DNA of 64,000 nucleotides from an uncultured Alcanivorax sp. (GTDB lineage: Bacteria > Pseudomonadota > Gammaproteobacteria > Pseudomonadales > Alcanivoracaceae), in NCBI GenBank assembly GCA_913055795.1, contig CAJXLA010000001.1, forward strand, positions 9,997 through 73,996, given 5' to 3'. Each line of letters begins with the position of its first letter. Position 1 is the stretch's first letter. The notes below the pieces were generated by a model, which ran no database searches, was not told the origin of the DNA, and saw only the letters and a program-made list of their open reading frames with translations. Below, one piece after another: positions 36,039 through 45,750 of the stretch. A program made the translations under genes and the position numbers.

Positions 36039-38402
36039 CTATTCCCCGTGTTTCTCCGCCAGGTAGAACCACGTATCCATCACTGAATCCGGGTTCAGGG
36101 ATACGCTGGAAATGCCCTGGTCCATCAGCCAGCGGGCCAGTTCCGGATGGTCCGACGGACCCTGACCACAGATGCCCACATACTTGCCCGCATCGTTGCA
36201 GGCCTGGATGGCCAGGCCCAGCAGATGTTTCACGGCGGCGTCGCGCTCGTCGAAGAGGTGGCTGACAATGCCGGAATCCCGATCCAGGCCCAGCGTCAGC
36301 TGGGTCAGGTCATTGGAGCCGATGGAAAAGCCGTCAAAGTGCTGCAGAAAGTCCGACGCCAGAATGGCGTTGGTGGGCAGCTCGCACATCATGATCACAC
36401 GCAGACCATTGTCGCCGCGCTTGAGCCCGTTTTTGCCGAGCAGGTCCACCACCTGTTCGCCCTCGCCCACGGTGCGCACGAAGGGCACCATGATTTCCAC
36501 ATTGGTCAAGCCCATTTCATCGCGCACACGTTTGAGCGCGCGGCATTCCAGCTCGAAACAGTCACGGAAGTTCTCGCTGATGTAACGGCTGGCCCCCCGG
36601 AAGCCCAGCATGGGGTTTTCTTCTTCCGGCTCGTAGAGACGTCCGCCGATGAGGTTGGCGTACTCGTTGGACTTGAAGTCCGACAGCCGCACGATCACCT
36701 TCTCCGGGTGGAAAGCCGCCGCCAGGGTCGAGATCCCCTCGGCGAGCTTGTCGACATAGAAGTCCACCGGCGACTTGTAGCCGGTAATTCGCTTGTCCAC
36801 CGCCTTGCGGATGTCCTTGGGCAGCTGCTCATAGTTGATCAGCGCCTTGGGGTGAACGCCGATCATGCGGTTGATGATGAACTCCAGCCGCGCCAGACCC
36901 ACGCCCTGGTTGGGCAGATTGGCGAAGTCGAACGCACGGTCCGGGTTGCCCACATTCATCATGATCTTGAACGGCAGCGCGGGCATGGATTCGATGGAAT
37001 TGCGTTGCACGTCGAATTCCAGCTGGCCTTCGTAGATAAGACCGGTGTCGCCCTCGGCGCAGGACACGGTCACGTCCTGACCATCGTTGAGCACCTCGGT
37101 GGCGTCGCCGCAACCCACGATGGCCGGCACGCCCAGTTCGCGCGCGATAATAGCGGCGTGGCAGGTGCGTCCGCCCCGGTTGGTCACCACCGCCGAGGCG
37201 CGTTTCATGACCGGTTCCCAGTCCGGGTCCGTCATTTCGGTGACCAGAATATCGCCGGGTTCCACCTTGTCCATTTCGTTGATGTTGTTCACGACCCGCA
37301 CCTTGCCGGCGCCGATGCGCTGGCCGATGGCGCGGCCCTGCACGAGCACCTTGCCCTTCTGCTTGAGCAGGTAACGCTCCATGACCGAGGCATCGCCCTG
37401 GCTTTTCACCGTCTCCGGGCGCGCCTGAACGATATAGAGCTGACCGTCCTCGCCGTCCAGCGCCCATTCCACGTCCACGGGATGGCCGTAGTGGCGCTCA
37501 ATGGCGATGGTCTGGCGCGCCAGGTCCTGCACCTGGTCGTCGTTGATGCAAAAGCGTGTGCGCTCGGCTTCCGGCACATCCACCACTTCCACCGACTTGC
37601 CCGTCTGGGCGTCCTCGGTCTGGACCATCTTGTTGAGCTTGCTGCCCATGTTACGCCGGAGAATGGCGGGTTTTTTGTTCAGCAGCGTCTTCTTGTGCAC
37701 ATAGAACTCGTCCGGGTTCACCGAACCCTGGACCACGGTCTCACCCAGACCATAGGAGGCGGTAATGAAGACCACTTCGTCGAAGCCAGACTCGGTGTCC
37801 ATGGAGAACATCACGCCCGCGGCGCCCTTGTCGCTGCGCACCATCTGTTGTACGCCGGCGGACAGCGCCACCTGATCGTGATCAAAGCCCTGATGAACCC
37901 GGTAGCTGATGGCCCGGTCGTTGAACAGCGAGGCGAAGACTTCCTTGATGGCCTGGACCACCTGATCCACGCCGCGGATGTTGAGAAAGGTTTCCTGCTG
38001 GCCGGCAAAGGAGGCTTCGGGGAGATCCTCGGCGGTCGCCGACGAACGTACCGCCACCGCCGGCTCACCGGCCATTTGCGCGTAGCTGTCGCGGATCTGG
38101 CGGTCCAGCTCGGGCTGCAGCGGGGCCTGTTCCACCCAGCCGCGGATTTCCTCACCGGCTTGCGCCAGCGCGACCACGTCATTGACGTCCAGTTCGCCCA
38201 GCTTCCGATTGATCTTGCCGGTCAGGTCGTTGTGTTCGAGGAAATCGCGATAGGCCTGGGCCGTGGTGGCAAAGCCGCCCGGCACATTAACCCCGGCCGC
38301 GGCGAGGTTGCTGATCATTTCGCCCAGGGAGGCATTCTTGCCCCCGACTCGTTCCACGTCACCCTTGCCCAGGTCCTGAAACCAGACTACGTACTCCGCC
38401 AA
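36039..38402 (-). CDS. ppsA: Phosphoenolpyruvate synthase
   Basis: [34 protein letters not shown] and SIGSNDLTQ motifs. TTG start. Confidence 0.97.
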   Translation of the reverse strand: MAEYVVWFQDLGKGDVERVGGKNASLGEMISNLAAAGVNVPGGFATTAQAYRDFLEHNDLTGKINRKLGELDVNDVVALAQAGEEIRGWVEQAPLQPELDRQIRDSYAQMAGEPAVAVRSSATAEDLPEASFAGQQETFLNIRGVDQVVQAIKEVFASLFNDRAISYRVHQGFDHDQVALSAGVQQMVRSDKGAAGVMFSMDTESGFDEVVFITASYGLGETVVQGSVNPDEFYVHKKTLLNKKPAILRRNMGSKLNKMVQTEDAQTGKSVEVVDVPEAERTRFCINDDQVQDLARQTIAIERHYGHPVDVEWALDGEDGQLYIVQARPETVKSQGDASVMERYLLKQKGKVLVQGRAIGQRIGAGKVRVVNNINEMDKVEPGDILVTEMTDPDWEPVMKRASAVVTNRGGRTCHAAIIARELGVPAIVGCGDATEVLNDGQDVTVSCAEGDTGLIYEGQLEFDVQRNSIESMPALPFKIMMNVGNPDRAFDFANLPNQGVGLARLEFIINRMIGVHPKALINYEQLPKDIRKAVDKRITGYKSPVDFYVDKLAEGISTLAAAFHPEKVIVRLSDFKSNEYANLIGGRLYEPEEENPMLGFRGASRYISENFRDCFELECRALKRVRDEMGLTNVEIMVPFVRTVGEGEQVVDLLGKNGLKRGDNGLRVIMMCELPTNAILASDFLQHFDGFSIGSNDLTQLTLGLDRDSGIVSHLFDERDAAVKHLLGLAIQACNDAGKYVGICGQGPSDHPELARWLMDQGISSVSLNPDSVMDTWFYLAEKHGE

Positions 38403-38517
38403 GGTATGCTCCCTTCATTGTCCGCGATATGGGTTTCGACGGCCGGTCCCCCGACCGGGAGCCGGCAATTGTACTGAAAATGAGACGCTTTTGCTCGTCC
38501 GCCCGGGCGTATCCCCG

Positions 38518-39306
38518 TCAGGCCGCCCCGCGGGCCGCCTCGGAACGCCGGAATACCGGCCGGCCGGGCTCGGAAACCTCCGGTGCGAAAGAATAGCCCT
38601 GCTCCGCGAAACCGGTCAGATCGGCCTCGGTGCCGGGATTATTGCGGATGATCCAGGCGGCCATGAGCCCGCGCGCCTTCTTGGCGCTGAAGCTGATGAC
38701 CTTGTATTGGCCGTTCTTCTCGTCCTGGAAAACCGGTTCAATCACATCCGCGTCCAGCTCCTTCATGTTGACGGCCTTCGCGTATTCATTCGAGGCCAGA
38801 TTGACCAGAATGCCATTGCCTTCTTCACGGAGATCCTGGTTCAGCAGATCCGTAATGGTGTCGCCCCAGAAGCTGTACAGGTCCTTGCCATGGTCCGTGG
38901 GCAGCTTCGTGCTCATCTCCAGACGATAGGCCTGCATCAGATCCAGCGGCCGCAGCACCCCATAGAGCCCGGAAAGAATGCGCAACTGCTTCTGCGCGCT
39001 CTGGAGCTCCCTGCGGTCGAAGGACTCGATGCCCAGACCGGTGTAAACATCCCCTTTGAAGGCGAAAGCCGCCGGCTTGGCATTATCCTCGGTAAAGGGA
39101 CGGTGCCAGGCGGCATACCGGTCCACATTGAGATGCGCGATCTTGTCGCTCACCTTCATCAGTCGTGCGATGTCGGCGGGCGAATATTCGCGCAGGTATT
39201 CGATCAGGGCAGCACTGGCGTCCAGCAGGCGCGGCTGGGTGGCGTCCACCGCCGGCCAGGCGGATTCGTAGTCCAGTGACTTGGCAGGCGAGACAATGAT
39301 CAGCAT
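38518..39306 (-). CDS. yaaA: Peroxide stress protein YaaA
   Basis: SPAK, LSGLYG.LRPLD..YRLEM, NLASNEY and AKKARG motifs. Confidence 0.95.
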   Translation of the reverse strand: MLIIVSPAKSLDYESAWPAVDATQPRLLDASAALIEYLREYSPADIARLMKVSDKIAHLNVDRYAAWHRPFTEDNAKPAAFAFKGDVYTGLGIESFDRRELQSAQKQLRILSGLYGVLRPLDLMQAYRLEMSTKLPTDHGKDLYSFWGDTITDLLNQDLREEGNGILVNLASNEYAKAVNMKELDADVIEPVFQDEKNGQYKVISFSAKKARGLMAAWIIRNNPGTEADLTGFAEQGYSFAPEVSEPGRPVFRRSEAARGAA

Positions 39307-39356
39307 GATACGCCCCGGCTTGTCGCAATTTTGCGCACTATAACACTGGAGCGGGC

Positions 39357-39839
39357 ATGACGCGTATTCTCTTGCTACTGGTCGCCGGGCTGGCCATGGG
39401 CATTGTCCTGTGGAGCTCCTGGCGCGTGGATCGGCGCCTGTTCGCCGGGCTCGCCCTGGCCGCGGGGGTGGCCATGGCGGCGCTGGTGCTCGAGCTTTTC
39501 GATACGGGCGAGGACACCTGGGAACCGTTGCCCGCTGATCAGATTCGCCTCACCCTGAAGGATCACCATGTGACCGAATCCGGTGTGCGCCTGACCGGCA
39601 CTCTGGAAAACCGCGGCAACCGGCCCGTGGGCCGGGTGATGGCCCGGGTTCAGGTGGTGGAATGCCGCCAGGAGCCCCCCTGTCGGGTACTGGCGGAGGC
39701 CCCCTTCGACCTGCGGCTGCAGGTGCCGCCCCGCAAGAGCTACCCCTTTCACCACATGACCCGCATGACGGTGACCCCCGAGGTGGAAAAACGCGAATGG
39801 CGGGTCCAGGTGAAAAGCGTTTACGGGTACCGGCGCTAG
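39357..39839 (+). CDS. Hypothetical membrane-anchored protein
   Basis: Two N-terminal hydrophobic helices and a beta-rich soluble domain. GGAG RBS. Confidence 0.75.
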   Translation: MTRILLLLVAGLAMGIVLWSSWRVDRRLFAGLALAAGVAMAALVLELFDTGEDTWEPLPADQIRLTLKDHHVTESGVRLTGTLENRGNRPVGRVMARVQVVECRQEPPCRVLAEAPFDLRLQVPPRKSYPFHHMTRMTVTPEVEKREWRVQVKSVYGYRR

Positions 39840-40104
39840 TGTCCCGTCCGGGTAATTCGTTAAATTTCTGCGTGAATCTGCGCGTCCTGGACAAGGCGCC
39901 AGTCCGCCGGTGTGGTGATTCCCCATCAAGGACTGGCAGCGCAGGCCCAAGTCGCGCAGATTCTCGCCCTTCGGGAGCCCCCAAGCGCCTTGATAGCGGT
40001 GTTGCGCTGGCTTGATTGGGAACCACCCAACCTGCGCCAGCGCGCCTTGCTCTCAACGCCCTTGGGAGCTCAGAAAATTAACGAATTACCCGGACGGGAC
40101 ACTA
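39837..40104. mobile_element. MITE-like non-autonomous element with terminal inverted repeats and flanking TA
   Basis: Left TAGTGTCCCGTCCGGGTAATTCGTTAAATTTCTG and right CAGAAAATTAACGAATTACCCGGACGGGACACTA: 34 bp including TA, one mismatch. No transposase. Confidence 0.85.
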
Positions 40105-40159
40105 AGGCTGTTGAAAAACCTGGACGTGCTCAGCGCGCAAAGGGTTTTATCAGCAGCCT
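40105..40159. repeat. Short inverted repeat abutting the MITE
   Basis: AGGCTGTTGAAAAACC ... GGTTTTATCAGCAGCCT. Confidence 0.6.
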
Positions 40160-40207
40160 GCCGGGGGCACAATGCATGGCCATCCCCACCCTGAGCCGAG
40201 GACCGGA

Positions 40208-41050
40208 ATGAGTGCGCTGATTCCCGGCAAGCCCGCCCTGATCGAACCCGGCGTGCGGCGCGTACTGGGGCTGAACCCGGGCATGATGACGGGCCCCGGC
40301 ACCAACAGCTATCTGGTGGGCGACAACGAACTCACCGTGATTGATCCGGGCCCTGCCGATCCGCGCCACGCGGACAACCTTCAAGCCGCCGCGGAGCAGC
40401 TGGGCGCGCCCATCCGGCGGGTGCTGGTGACCCATACGCATCGCGATCACTCCCCGGGTGCTTCGGTGCTGGCTGAACGCCTGGATCTGGAGCTGCTGGG
40501 GCCGGAAGTCCCGGACGACGGGCTTCAGGACGAGCACTGGCGGGCGGATCGCATTCTGGGCGACGGCGACCGGGTCAGGCTCGACGACCGGACGGTGCGG
40601 GCCATCGCCACGCCCGGTCATGTGGGCAATCACCTGTGTTTTCTGCTGGAGGACTCCGGGCTGCTGTTTACCGGGGATCACCTGATTCACGGCTCCACGG
40701 TGGTGATCGCGCCGCCATCGGGCTCCATGAAGGATTATCTGGCTTCACTGCGCCGCCTGCTGGACGAGGACATCCACTGCATGGCGCCGGGCCATGGGGA
40801 GTTGATCCAGGAACCCGAGGCGGCGTTGAACTGGACCATCGAGCACCGGCTGGAGCGCGAGCGCAAGGTGCTGGATGCGCTCCGGCAACGCCCGGACAGC
40901 GTGGCCCAGGATCTGGTGGAGCCGGTCTATGTGGATGTGCCGGACTATCTGCACGCCGTGGCCACGCTGTCGCTGGAAGCGCACCTGATCAAACTCTATG
41001 AAGAAGGCCGGGCCGAGCGCCGCGATGGTCGCTACCAGGCTCTGGAGTGA
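40208..41050 (+). CDS. MBL-fold metallo-hydrolase (LACTB2-like)
   Basis: NPGMMTGPGTN, THTHRDH, PGH, GDH and PGHG motifs. Confidence 0.93.
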   Translation: MSALIPGKPALIEPGVRRVLGLNPGMMTGPGTNSYLVGDNELTVIDPGPADPRHADNLQAAAEQLGAPIRRVLVTHTHRDHSPGASVLAERLDLELLGPEVPDDGLQDEHWRADRILGDGDRVRLDDRTVRAIATPGHVGNHLCFLLEDSGLLFTGDHLIHGSTVVIAPPSGSMKDYLASLRRLLDEDIHCMAPGHGELIQEPEAALNWTIEHRLERERKVLDALRQRPDSVAQDLVEPVYVDVPDYLHAVATLSLEAHLIKLYEEGRAERRDGRYQALE

Positions 41051-41063
41051 GCGGATTCATTAT

Positions 41064-41678
41064 ATGGCAGACGAATCGGCGGAATTCGAGCCCATCGAAC
41101 TCGACGGCCGCCCGCTGATCCGGCGCCTGCACCCCCTGCTGCCCGCAGACCGCGCCGACGACTATTGCCGCCGTCTGTGCGCCGAACTGCCCTGGAGCCA
41201 ACCCGCCGTGGAGGTGTACGGCCGGCACTATCCGGTGCCCCGGCTGCAGAGCTGGCACGGGGACCCAGAGGCGGAATACCGCTATTCCGGACTGACCCTG
41301 ACCCCCGAACCCTGGCACCCGCTGCTCGCGGACTTGCGCGCCCGCATCGAAGGCGTGTGCGGAACCCGATTCAACAGTGTCCTCGCCAATCTGTACCGTG
41401 ACGGTCGGGATTGCATGGGCTGGCATGCTGACGACGAGCCGGAACTGGGCCCCGAGCCTCGCGTGGCGTCGTTGTCACTGGGCGCGGAACGGGATTTCGC
41501 GCTGCGGCGCAAGGGCGACACGCGCATGGCGTTCCAGTGGCCCCTGGCGCACAACGAACTCTGGTTGATGGAACCCGGGTTGCAGCATCACTGGCAGCAC
41601 AGCCTGCCCCGGCGCAAGCGCGTGCAACGCGCGCGGCTCAACCTGACGTTCCGGTGGGTGCAGCCCCCTCCTGGTTGA
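41064..41678 (+). CDS. AlkB-family 2OG-Fe(II) dioxygenase (ALKBH2/3-like)
   Basis: NLYRDG, WHADDE, WQHSLP and RLNLTFR motifs. Confidence 0.93.
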   Translation: MADESAEFEPIELDGRPLIRRLHPLLPADRADDYCRRLCAELPWSQPAVEVYGRHYPVPRLQSWHGDPEAEYRYSGLTLTPEPWHPLLADLRARIEGVCGTRFNSVLANLYRDGRDCMGWHADDEPELGPEPRVASLSLGAERDFALRRKGDTRMAFQWPLAHNELWLMEPGLQHHWQHSLPRRKRVQRARLNLTFRWVQPPPG

Positions 41679-44600
41679 GTGCATCGAGCATGCGTGGATG
41701 TTCCACGCCAAAGCCCTGGACATAGTCCACACCGATTTCGCGCAGGCAGTCCCGGATGGCATCGGTTTCCACGCATTCGGCAATGGTCTGCTTGCCCATG
41801 AGATGGCCCATCTCGTTGATGGAACGCACCAGCGCCTGATCGGCCTCATCCTCCGCGATTCCCTGAATGAAGCTGCCGTCGATCTTGATGTAGTCCACGG
41901 GCAGATGCTTGAGATAACCGTAGGAAGCCAGCCCGGAACCGAAATCATCCAGGGAGAAACGGCAGCCCAGCTCCTGCAGCGCCTCGATAAAATCGGCCGC
42001 GTCTTCGAGATTGCCGATGGCGGTGGTTTCCGTCACCTCGAAGCAGACCCGGTCCCGGGGGATCGGATAGCGCTGGAACTGCTCGAAGAGAAACTCCGTC
42101 AGTCCCGGGTCATTGAGTGAGTGGCCTGACAGATTGATGGAAATGTGATCGATTTCGTTCACCAGCGCCTGGTGGGCGTGCATCCAGCGCAGCACATGCA
42201 TGACAACCCACCGGTCCACGGCATGCATGCGATTGTAGCGCTCTGCCGCCTGGACCAGCTCCACCGGAGAAATCAGCTCGCCGTCATCGCCCTGCAGCGC
42301 GATCAATACTTCATAGCCCGGTGGGTGCTCGCCCTTCTCCGTGGCCTCGATGCGCTGGCAGCGCAACCGCAGCTGGTCCTGGTCCAGCGCCTCCGTGAGG
42401 CGCGCCGCTTGCTCCATGACATCGTCGCGGTGGACCATGTTCTGGTCGTCGGGCTGATACCGGCGTACCCGGTTGCCACCCTCCTCCTTGGCCGACTGAC
42501 AGGCCGCGTTCGCCGCCTGCATCAGCTCGCCTACGGTGTCACCGACCCCCTGGCGCTCGGCCAGACCGCAGCTCAGCGTCACCGCCTGAACCGGGCCGCC
42601 GGGACTGAACCGGTGCTGCTCGATCCGTTCCTTGAGGTTTTCCACGGCTCGCTGGGCCGCTTCCGGTCGGACGCCCTCCAGCCAGATAGCAAATTCATCA
42701 CCGCCCAGCCGGGCCGTAAGCAGGCCCGGGAAGACTTCGTGAATGATCTCGGCCAGCGAGATCAGCAGATTGTCCCCCGCTTCCGTGCCGGCCGTGTTGT
42801 TGATCAACTTGAACTGATCCAGATCCAGGTGCACCAGGCTGGCGGATTCCACGCCGGCCTCCAGGCGCTGGCGTATCTGGCGTTCCAGTTCGCGCCGGTT
42901 CAACAGGCCCGTGAGTTCGTCGTGGGTGGCCTGGTGCACCATCTGGTTGTACACCCGCTGCACCATGGCCTCCAGACCCCGGTCCACGGCCGGCGCGTCC
43001 AGGCTGTCGATGGGTTCCAGACGCAGGGTGCGCAGGTAGTCGGCGAAATCGTCCAGGCTGAACTCCTGGATTTTCATCCCCTGGTGATTCACCAGGACGA
43101 AAAGCTGCTGATCCGGGGCCACCCAGGCCAGGCATACGTGCTGATCCTGGTCGTCGGCATCATGGAAAAGGAACCAGTCCCCCTCCTGGTACCGCCGAGC
43201 ACGGGCCCTCCAGCGCCGCTGGCGCTCGTCCAGCTCGCTGTCCTCGGGCATGTCATCCGTGTTGAGCATGCCCTCGGGCAATTCGGACATGGGCGGCGCG
43301 CCCTCCTGCCGACGCACCTTGACCGAGAGCAGCCGCCGCAGTTCGTTCACCAATTCCTGATTCTGCAGCTGGCTCTGGTCCACCCGGCCCAGCCCTTCCT
43401 TGATGGAGGCCAGCAGCCCGGACAGTTGCTCCTGATCCGGCATGTCCTCGGCGGAAGTCTTCATGCGGTCCAGCACGCCCAGGTATTCGTGCCAGGCTGC
43501 GCTGTCCCGGCCCTCGCGCAACAGAGTCTGGACCAGCAACTGCCGCCACCCCGCATCGATCAGGGCCAGCACCGCCCGGGGGACGATTCCGCCGCCAATG
43601 TGCCGCTCCAGGGCCTGGTCCGCCTCGCGGCGCGCTTGTACCACCTTGTGCTGGCCTTCATAGGCCTCGGTTACGCGTTGAAGATTGCGCTGCTGGAATT
43701 TTTTCTGGCTTTCACAGAGTTCATCCAGATTCTCAAGAGTATCGCTGAAGACACTGATATCCCCCGAAAAATCCTGGACAACACGATCGATGTTGCGGTC
43801 GATGGCCTCCTCGTGATCCTGCAGGCGCGCATTGCCTCGCACACCCAGCTGGGCAATCCGGTTCAGCATCTGCCGGGCGGGGTGTTCATCCTCCTGGAGC
43901 ACGGCTTCGTCCTGAAGGAGGAGACGCAGAAAGGGCACCTTGAGTCGTTTGATGGCACCGCGTACCCGATCACTCAGCGCAGCGTTGTCGGCAATGCCCT
44001 CGAAGAGGTGATGGATGATTTCCGTGGCCTGGGTCACCTCATCGTCCAGCAGCGGTGGCGACTCGCCCTCGGCCATCTCCCCGGCCACGGCTTCCTGAAC
44101 CCGTTTCTGCAGCGGCGTCTCTTCCGCGTCCGCGCTCACGTCGTGCTGCAGCCGGTCCAGTGCCTCGGACACAACTTCCGAGGGCGCCGCCACGGCGCCT
44201 TCGGCATCCGCTTCACCGGCTGTCCCCCGGACCATTGCCCCGGAGGCAGTCCGGGAGCGCTCCATAATGCGGCGTACCGTGTCATAGGCCTGATTTGCCA
44301 CCGCTTGCTGGCGCGCAAAAGAAGTCGCCGCCGACTCTCTCTTGCCTGACCCCGCGCCGCCGGAGCCGGCATCCGCCAGCGCTGGTTCGGGACCATCTCC
44401 GCTACCCGGGCTGTCCCCACCGGATTGCGGTTCCGCGGCAGGGTTCTCCGGATACCCGTTGTTCGCGGCGTCGGGTTCACCCTCGTCGCCGGAATGAACC
44501 GAGTAGTGTTCACTCAGATACCGGGCCACATCCAGATCCGGCAGGACGCCTGCTCCTGCCAACGTCCGGTTGATGCGTTCATAGATGGAGCCCAGTTCGG

Positions 44601-45558
44601 CCACGACGGTAGTCTCGAAAACCTCGAGGATGCGGCGTTCCACGGTTTTGGACAGGCCCAGCGGCTTGAGCGCCTTGCCGAAGGCGGAGCAGATCACGGC
44701 GGGATGGAGCGGATTGTGGCGCGCCGCCAGCGAGGTGTTGAGCAGATCGTCAAAACGCAGCTGCAACGGCAGCAACTGCTCGTGGAAATCGCCCTCCGCC
44801 CGGGAGGCCATGACCTTGAGGGTGAGCCAGTCCTCGAACATCTCCTTGTCCACCAGCGACAGTCGGCTTTCCTGCTGTTCCTCCAGGGAAAAATCCATCG
44901 CCTGGTCTGGCGTTGCCCCGGCAAACAGGGATTCCATGGGCTCCGTAACGGTCTGCAGGAAATGTCTGCTCAGGGTGTCTGCGGAATTTGAAAGGGTCTT
45001 GATGGCGGCGAACCACGGATGCTGCTTCTCGTTGGTTACTTCCTGATCCGCCGATTCCGTGAGCGCATCCCGGACCCGGGGAAAGAAGTTCTCCAGGCAG
45101 CGAGTCAGCGCCGCGCGCAATTCCTCGCGCACGGATTCCAGAACGGGACCCGGCGATGCCCGGCTGGATTCCCGCTCGGCGGCCGGTGCTTGCGCGCTTT
45201 CCCGGTGGGTCCGTACATGATTTTGTAGCGCCAGCAGATCCGTGGGATCGGGATCATCGAACTGCAATCCGGCGCCGCCCTCGAGGGTCCGCGCCACGCG
45301 GGCCGGCAGCGTGATCTCGCGCTGCCCCCGGCTGCCGTCCACCAGAAGGGTCAATGCCACCGCTTGCCCCGCTTCGAGAGGATAACGGGTTCCCCCGGCC
45401 TGCCCCTGGTCGACAAAGCGCACCAGAACGCCCCCGAGGCAAAAGTCCGCTATACGGCACTGGCGGTTGCCCTGTCCCGCCATAGCCAGCCTGCCGGTAA
45501 GGTTTACCGGATGGCGGATATAGGCGCGCTGATTCCTGTCGTGCATCCGTGTATTCAT
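41638..45558 (-). CDS. PilZ-DUF1631-GGDEF-EAL multidomain c-di-GMP protein
   Basis: N-terminal RxxxR and DFCLGG; HPARQMLN (DUF1631-like); DELTGLLNR and GGDEF; EVL, EVTE, DDFGSG and KIDGSF. Confidence 0.88.
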   Translation of the reverse strand: MNTRMHDRNQRAYIRHPVNLTGRLAMAGQGNRQCRIADFCLGGVLVRFVDQGQAGGTRYPLEAGQAVALTLLVDGSRGQREITLPARVARTLEGGAGLQFDDPDPTDLLALQNHVRTHRESAQAPAAERESSRASPGPVLESVREELRAALTRCLENFFPRVRDALTESADQEVTNEKQHPWFAAIKTLSNSADTLSRHFLQTVTEPMESLFAGATPDQAMDFSLEEQQESRLSLVDKEMFEDWLTLKVMASRAEGDFHEQLLPLQLRFDDLLNTSLAARHNPLHPAVICSAFGKALKPLGLSKTVERRILEVFETTVVAELGSIYERINRTLAGAGVLPDLDVARYLSEHYSVHSGDEGEPDAANNGYPENPAAEPQSGGDSPGSGDGPEPALADAGSGGAGSGKRESAATSFARQQAVANQAYDTVRRIMERSRTASGAMVRGTAGEADAEGAVAAPSEVVSEALDRLQHDVSADAEETPLQKRVQEAVAGEMAEGESPPLLDDEVTQATEIIHHLFEGIADNAALSDRVRGAIKRLKVPFLRLLLQDEAVLQEDEHPARQMLNRIAQLGVRGNARLQDHEEAIDRNIDRVVQDFSGDISVFSDTLENLDELCESQKKFQQRNLQRVTEAYEGQHKVVQARREADQALERHIGGGIVPRAVLALIDAGWRQLLVQTLLREGRDSAAWHEYLGVLDRMKTSAEDMPDQEQLSGLLASIKEGLGRVDQSQLQNQELVNELRRLLSVKVRRQEGAPPMSELPEGMLNTDDMPEDSELDERQRRWRARARRYQEGDWFLFHDADDQDQHVCLAWVAPDQQLFVLVNHQGMKIQEFSLDDFADYLRTLRLEPIDSLDAPAVDRGLEAMVQRVYNQMVHQATHDELTGLLNRRELERQIRQRLEAGVESASLVHLDLDQFKLINNTAGTEAGDNLLISLAEIIHEVFPGLLTARLGGDEFAIWLEGVRPEAAQRAVENLKERIEQHRFSPGGPVQAVTLSCGLAERQGVGDTVGELMQAANAACQSAKEEGGNRVRRYQPDDQNMVHRDDVMEQAARLTEALDQDQLRLRCQRIEATEKGEHPPGYEVLIALQGDDGELISPVELVQAAERYNRMHAVDRWVVMHVLRWMHAHQALVNEIDHISINLSGHSLNDPGLTEFLFEQFQRYPIPRDRVCFEVTETTAIGNLEDAADFIEALQELGCRFSLDDFGSGLASYGYLKHLPVDYIKIDGSFIQGIAEDEADQALVRSINEMGHLMGKQTIAECVETDAIRDCLREIGVDYVQGFGVEHPRMLDALNQEGAAPTGTSG

Positions 45559-45750
45559 TGCTGAACCGCGTCCCGGCCGTGAGCCTCCTTTGTACCTGTA
45601 CAGCCCTCCGAGAGCAAGTCATTGATCAGCGGCATCAAGGCAACTTTCCCCGCCCTGTTGTTGTCCGATACAGTCGAGAGCAACCAGGCATGGGCCGGAG
45701 CAAGGCCATGCTTTATACTGACTTTTTCTGTCCAACCAATCAGGGTGATC

